Made by a program: the position numbers and the translations under genes. From Geosiphon pyriformis uo1 (lineage: Eukaryota > Fungi > Glomeromycota): 64,000 nucleotides of DNA. The notes under the pieces were generated by a model that was given only the letters and a program-made list of their open reading frames with translations, did no database searches and had not been told where the DNA came from. The stretch spans positions 1-64,000 of the forward strand of contig JAAOMT010000468.1 in NCBI GenBank assembly GCA_016748015.1. Reading direction: 5' to 3'. This document shows, piece by piece, positions 58,816 to 64,000 of the stretch. Position 1 is the stretch's first letter. Each line of letters starts with the position of its first letter.

Positions 58816-59634
58816 ACAACACATAGCAAATTAAATTGGAAAATTCAAGTATATATACTATCCAGAAAACAATGAGAAAACGATAGAATTTTTTTCAATG
58901 TGGACTTTTCAGATCAAATTCTACAACTTTTGAAACAACTGTTTGATGCAATTCAACAATCTTCTGCTCAAATAGAAATCACAATTGATAAAAAAGAGAT
59001 ACAATACAGGGATAAAAACAAGAAAGAGGTGGACGGAAGTTCAACTAGAACTAAGCTGTCTCACCCTTACAAACAAACCTCTCCTTACAAAAGAAAAAGA
59101 AAAGGAAATACAGTGGAGATAGAACCTAATACAGCTAAGAAGAAGGGGAAGGAGACAGAAATGAAACTGTGTTGGGTGAGAATTGAGAAAATAAGGGAGG
59201 GTCTAAACAGACAAACACCAGAGCTGATAACAGAAGAATGAATACTTGAAAACACAAAGAAATGGAAAAAGAAACTTCTATTTGTCTATTGACTATTTAA
59301 AATTGGGTTACAATTAGGATTAAATAGCCCATACGAAGACTTCAACTGTCAAACAATCAACAAAGAAGCCTGCAAACAAGTAAAAGAATTTGTGAAAAGA
59401 AACAACTTAAATCTATACTATAAAGCAATATACTGATTATATTCAGTATTTAAATACTGTCTAATGGTACTACTAGACAAAACTCTGAAAACTATCACAG
59501 TCAACAACATAAGACAGATGACAAACACCCAATTTGAAGTTCTACAAAAAGCAATACTGAAGACAACATTCAAGTTCTTTATGAAAAACACAAACTTGGC
59601 TGAAATAAATGATTTTGCAAGAGCTCAATTTTAA
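58816..59634 (+). pseudogene. Extra ORF (ORF3) of unknown function between integrase and PPT
   Basis: About 270 codons in frame with integrase. The only stops are four TGA, each one transition from TGG or CGA. Ends at TAA next to the PPT. Confidence 0.6.
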
Positions 59635-59648
59635 AAAGAGAGAAATAA
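59633..59648 (+). promoter_or_regulatory. Polypurine tract (decayed)
   Basis: aaaaagagagaaataa immediately before the 3' LTR. Confidence 0.65.
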
Positions 59649-60556
59649 TATTACCTGAGTAGAAAAACCAAAAAACTATGGAAAAATGTAACAAAAAAAT
59701 GTAACAAAAAAAACATGGTACAACTCGAGATAACACAAAGCAAAAATAAGCAATAGCTAGCAATAACAAGCAATAGCTAGCAAATGCGAGCAATAGCTAA
59801 CAATAATGAACAATAGCTAGCAATAGTGAAGCAATTAAAAGCAATTCTGTAAAACTAAAAGAATGTATAAAAGCAAGTAGTTGTAGAAGTTGAAAAGTTA
59901 GACAGTTAATTAGGAATTAATTTTACTTTGTATTATACTTATCATATATCTATAGTCTGAAATACAATAAATTATCAAAACCAAATTCAATTCACCAATT
60001 CATGTTCTTTTATCTTATGAATTTTAATTGAAATTAAAATCAGTATTTTTTACTTTTGTTCTGGGACAGATGCCATTGGCATAAACATCTTGAACTCTTA
60101 ACAATTTGGACTAATTGCTCTTGATTATGGTGATTAATGGAAACTAATTCTTTTTTTTTTTTTTTTTTTCTTTTTTGAAGTGGCAACATAGGAAAATCAA
60201 CTGTCTTGAAATAGACTTCATGATAGCCTGGTAAAAAAAAGAAGCTCCTTCTAAGTTTTGGATATTAATGTTATTTTAGTAGCTTATTAGAAGAATGAAA
60301 AGACAATGTCAGACTATAATAACTGTGCTTGTTAGTGCAGAGAAAAAAGTTTATATTTACAGAAAACATTGTAATCGACAAAAGACAAATTCTGTGCCTT
60401 ATAACCAAAGAACTCAACAGGTAAATTTACAGCCAGAAATAGACCTTCAGAGACTGATAACACTGACATGGCAAAAAAAGCAGACAATTTTGAAAGATAA
60501 CCCAAAACTAGAGCACTAAATATTACCACTATACTCTACCCAATTTACCTATAACA
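59649..60556 (+). repeat. 3' LTR (908 bp)
   Basis: Same ends as the 5' LTR. It is 65 bp longer, mainly from extra AGCAATAGCT-type repeats at about 59745-59830. Confidence 0.93.
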
Positions 60557-63500
60557 ATGCAGTTAAATATTCTGTTTCTTCCCATTGGCAAAGACAATTT
60601 GCATCTCTCAATTATGTTGATAATGGTGCATTTTCTGGTGTGATAAAGCAAATTGATTTTAATGAGTTTTTGTTAGTAATCAAAAATTTTCCTGATGGCA
60701 AAGCTGCTGGATTGTCTGGCATCTTTAATGAAATATGAAAACATAGTAATGAATTTGTCCTGGTCTTTTTTCTACATCTTTTTAATCTGTGTTTGACATG
60801 TGAATCTGTTTCTAATGCCTGGAAAAAAGCCTGGGTATCTATGATTCCAAAATCTTATAAGTAAGAAGGAATTTTGATGAACACCAGACCTATTGCTCTT
60901 ATTGAGACTGCTAGAAAAATTTTCTTAAAGATTCTGTGTGATCATATTTCAAAGACTTGCAATACACATGACATTCTGCATAATGACAATTTTTCAGTTT
61001 TGAAAAGCACTTCTATTTAGTCTTTTATTTTCATTATAGGATCTGTTATAAAAGATGCTTTGAAAAAGGGCAAAGAAATTTGGTTGGTTCTTTAGAACAT
61101 GCACAAAGCTTACAATTCAGTAGGCTGGTTGTATTTGAAAAACAGTTTGGAGAAAATCAAGATGTGTAAGAAGTTTGTTAGGTTTTTTGGTCATATTTAT
61201 AATGATTGTATAAATAAAGTTATAACAGACTTTGGTTTGTCTAAAGGTTATAAAGTTCACAATAGTCTGGACTAAGACGAAGTTTTTTTTCCTCTTCTGT
61301 GGAAAATTTTTTATGATTCTCTGTTGTGTAAGGTTAAAAAACATAAATCACTTTTTGGATATTGGGTTGATTCCAAATTTGTGGCCAAAATGGGTAGAAT
61401 TGAGTCAAATGCTGGTCTGACTTTATATTTGGCTGCTGGTGCTTTTGTGGATAATACCATTTAAGTTGGCAACTGTCACACAGTGACACAGAACATTTTG
61501 AATATTGTTAATGAGTTCTTTGATTTAATGGATATATCAATCAACACAGATAAGATGGTTGCCATTTCTATTAATCCAAAAACCAGTGATATCTTTTTAA
61601 TTGTTAGTGGATCTCCAATTTCAATTGCAAAGACTGGTAAGGCTTATCAGTATTTAGGCATTTTTCTGTTAACTAAAGGTCTTTTTGGTCCAAGTTTGAA
61701 GAAGACAAATTCGGATGTGAAGTTTTTTTCATCCATAGTTTTGCACAAAGCTATCTTGGACAAGCAGTTCTCTTATTTAGTTTTAACTGTTTTACAGCCC
61801 ATAGTGAAATACAGAACTCAGTTTAGCTTCATTAATAAAGACACATATAAGAAATGGGATCATATGATTAGAAAGAAATTGAAGTCTAAAGCCAGTTTGT
61901 CCAAGAACTTTCCTAATAAGGCTGTGTACCATTTATCTTTGTACAATTTGAAACTTTTTGAGCAAGTTCAGACAGAAGGAAAGATGGCATTGGTATTGCA
62001 GTTTGCTAATAATAAAAAAATAATGGGTCGACTTTTTGAACATAGGTTAATGAATTTGCAAGTTTTGGGCTGGGTATTTTGGAATCCTCTTTAGTTTCCA
62101 GTTAAGTTAATGGTCAATCTAATGAACAATTTTCTGGCTGGTGTTACTAAAATTTTTTTGCATAATGAGATTTTCTTGGCCAATAGCTTGTCCAATGCTT
62201 TTTGTTTTAAACATAGTTTTCCTGTTTTAGATATTTTGGGTCAGGTACTATACCTCCGAATTTACAGATTACTGAAGTGTTTTGGGATTATTTTTGCAGA
62301 TTAATTTTTGAACAGCCATGGAGAATGTTTTAATTAGAAAAATTTTCACCATTGGAAATAATTGGATTCTAAGGATCCAGTTTCCTTTTGGTTCACACTG
62401 GTTTCAGATTTTGTCAAGAATAGTGGTCTAATTAAAGGTTCTTTTTTCACTTTTAGACACTCTTCCAATTTGAATGTTTTTAATACAGACAGCATTGGTG
62501 TTATTTACTCTAGTCTAAAAAATGCCTTTTTGTCTAAAATTTCGATTTACACTGATGGTTCTATTAAAAACTTTGGTACATCTAGTGCTGCCAGAGAAAC
62601 TGCTGCCTATTTTTCTGATCTGGGTTTGCATATAAGAGTAAAGGTTCATGGTTTGTTATTATTTATCTTGGCTAAAATACAGGCTGTTGTATTGGCTCTT
62701 GAGTGCATTCTAGCTTTCTCTAAAGTCACAGTTTTTTCTAACAGTCAAGCTTCCTTTGATGCTTGCCAGACTGAGTTGAGATTGGTGGCTCTTAATTTTC
62801 ACAACAGATGCTAGATAAAGTGCCATTATATTAGCAATTTAATCAAATATAAAAACATTTTTGTTATTTGGGCAAAAATGAAGAGTCATTCTGGTGTATT
62901 GGGTAATAAGCATACTAATAGGTTGGCTGATCTGGCCACCTCATCAGGGCTTGTTCTTTTAGCAAATATCAAGAAAAAATTCTTATTGGCAAATAGTAAG
63001 GCAATTTTTGACAATGCATGTTACTTTGTTAGAATAATAAATAATACTATTAGGTGTTTTCAATGGAAATTTGAATCTGGTTTAAGCATCATAGATTCTT
63101 TGTGAGTTGGCAACATTAATTGGATTTGTATTGTCTTAGTTTGGCACCTTGATTTCTATATGTTCATTAGATATATGAGCAAAGCCACTTCTGGCTTATA
63201 TACATATTTGATAAAGGCTTTGTACAAAAAACTGCCTGTGGTTATCAAGAAGCATTTGTATGATCACAGCTATTCTAGTGTTTTGTGTGTGTGTTGTAAG
63301 AAGGTAAATTTCTCAGATCATAGTTTTGTTTATGGCTTAGACTTTTCAACATGTCAAGGCTTATTGAGCAAGTATTCTTCTTTTTGGAAATTTCTTACTA
63401 GTGCAACCTTGTCATCATCTGTAGTTTTTCAGTCTTTGGCTTTATCTGCTTCTGATATTGAACTTTATATGGTTTTATACAAGAGGTTTATATTCGAGAA

Positions 63501-63828
63501 TTAGTTGGTAGAAGCTAAGGCCTCTTTTAAAGATGCTAAGCTTGTGACATGTAATCTAATCAAATTCATTTGAAGTATGATTGTTGGCCATAGAGAGCAA
63601 ATTTGGACACCTAATTTGAAGCTTTGAGCTAAAATAGAGTGTTAAAGATTGATACATGTGGATGGGTTTTTATATGATATCATTCAGGGTTTTTCTACTA
63701 AAATTTCAGATAGTATTGCTCATTTGTTAAGAATTGAAAGAGGTCATGCCACCAATTTTGGCCTGAATGTTGGCTGTCTGTTTTTTGTTGGCACTACTGG
63801 CAAAGTTACAATTAATATAATTGTGTAG
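60557..63828 (+). pseudogene. LINE ORF2, 3' part: RT, RNase H and C-terminal Cys/His motif
   Basis: KAAGLSGI, RPIALIETARK, *NMHKAYNSV, AFVDNT (DDT), YQYLG, IYTDGS, KSHSGVLGN and CVCC..DH. One frame through to TAG at 63826-63828. Confidence 0.9.
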
Positions 63829-64000
63829 TATAGCCTTGATTGGCTAAATAACTGGTCACATATAGCAAACACGTAAATCACATTTAATTTAGAACTTTAG
63901 ATTGTTGTATTGTATTAGATAGTAATTGGGCTTTATTTGTTAAAAAAATAAAAAAATAAAAATTTGTTAAAATTAATAATAAATTTGTTAAAATTAGTAA

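Larger units (their letters stand above)
50746..60556 (+). mobile_element. Complete Ty3/Gypsy LTR retrotransposon carrying a dUTPase; 4-bp TSD ATGC (50742-50745 and 60557-60560)
   Basis: Paired LTRs, PBS, PPT, gag, PR, dUT, RT, RH and IN in Ty3 order. The TSD restores the LINE frame. Confidence 0.95.
46950..63962 (+). mobile_element. Non-LTR retrotransposon (LINE; APE-RT-RNase H type, Tad1/L1/I-like), interrupted by an LTR element at 50746-60556
   Basis: ORF1 and ORF2 remnants in register, short 3' UTR and A-rich tail at about 63942-63962. The 5' boundary is uncertain. Confidence 0.9.

Noticed and set aside
58816-59634. env gene / endogenous retrovirus
   Set aside because: No signal peptide, furin-fusion peptide or TM segment is visible.
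47000-63828. Alternative genetic code (TGA=Trp) suggested by TGA at Trp positions in the TE ORFs
   Set aside because: TAG and TAA also replace Trp and Gln, and host genes such as MNS1 end in TGA. The pattern fits G>A/C>T mutation.

Overview
Eukaryotic, AT-rich, intron-rich fungal DNA. The gene families and transposons point to Glomeromycota (arbuscular-mycorrhizal lineage, possibly Geosiphon or a relative; this is inference). Host genes in order: F-box/RNI-like protein, GH47 alpha-1,2-mannosidase, two tandem single-pass Kelch membrane proteins (each with an 8-nt micro-exon at the same position), a large multi-TM lineage-specific protein, a Stealth-family phosphotransferase, RINT1/TIP20, a CaMKK-type kinase, YHM2 and a TKL-kinase pseudogene. 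Two extremely AT-rich blocks (about 1-3.5 kb and 23.2-28.4 kb) look like fully decayed repeats. The last 17 kb is a nested pair. A LINE (ORF1; APE-RT-RNase H ORF2) is split at an ATGC target-site duplication by a complete Ty3/Gypsy element. That element has an unusual layout: Gag-protease-Cys-rich domain-dUTPase-RT-RNase H in one frame, integrase as a separate ORF with its own ATG, and a further ORF running up to the PPT. Both elements are riddled with C>T/G>A substitutions but have almost no indels. In a hand alignment of 288 nt of the two LTRs, 39 of 40 differences are transitions. This suggests an active repeat-directed (RIP-like or methylation-driven) hypermutation system. Exon boundaries were read by eye and no database searches were run.
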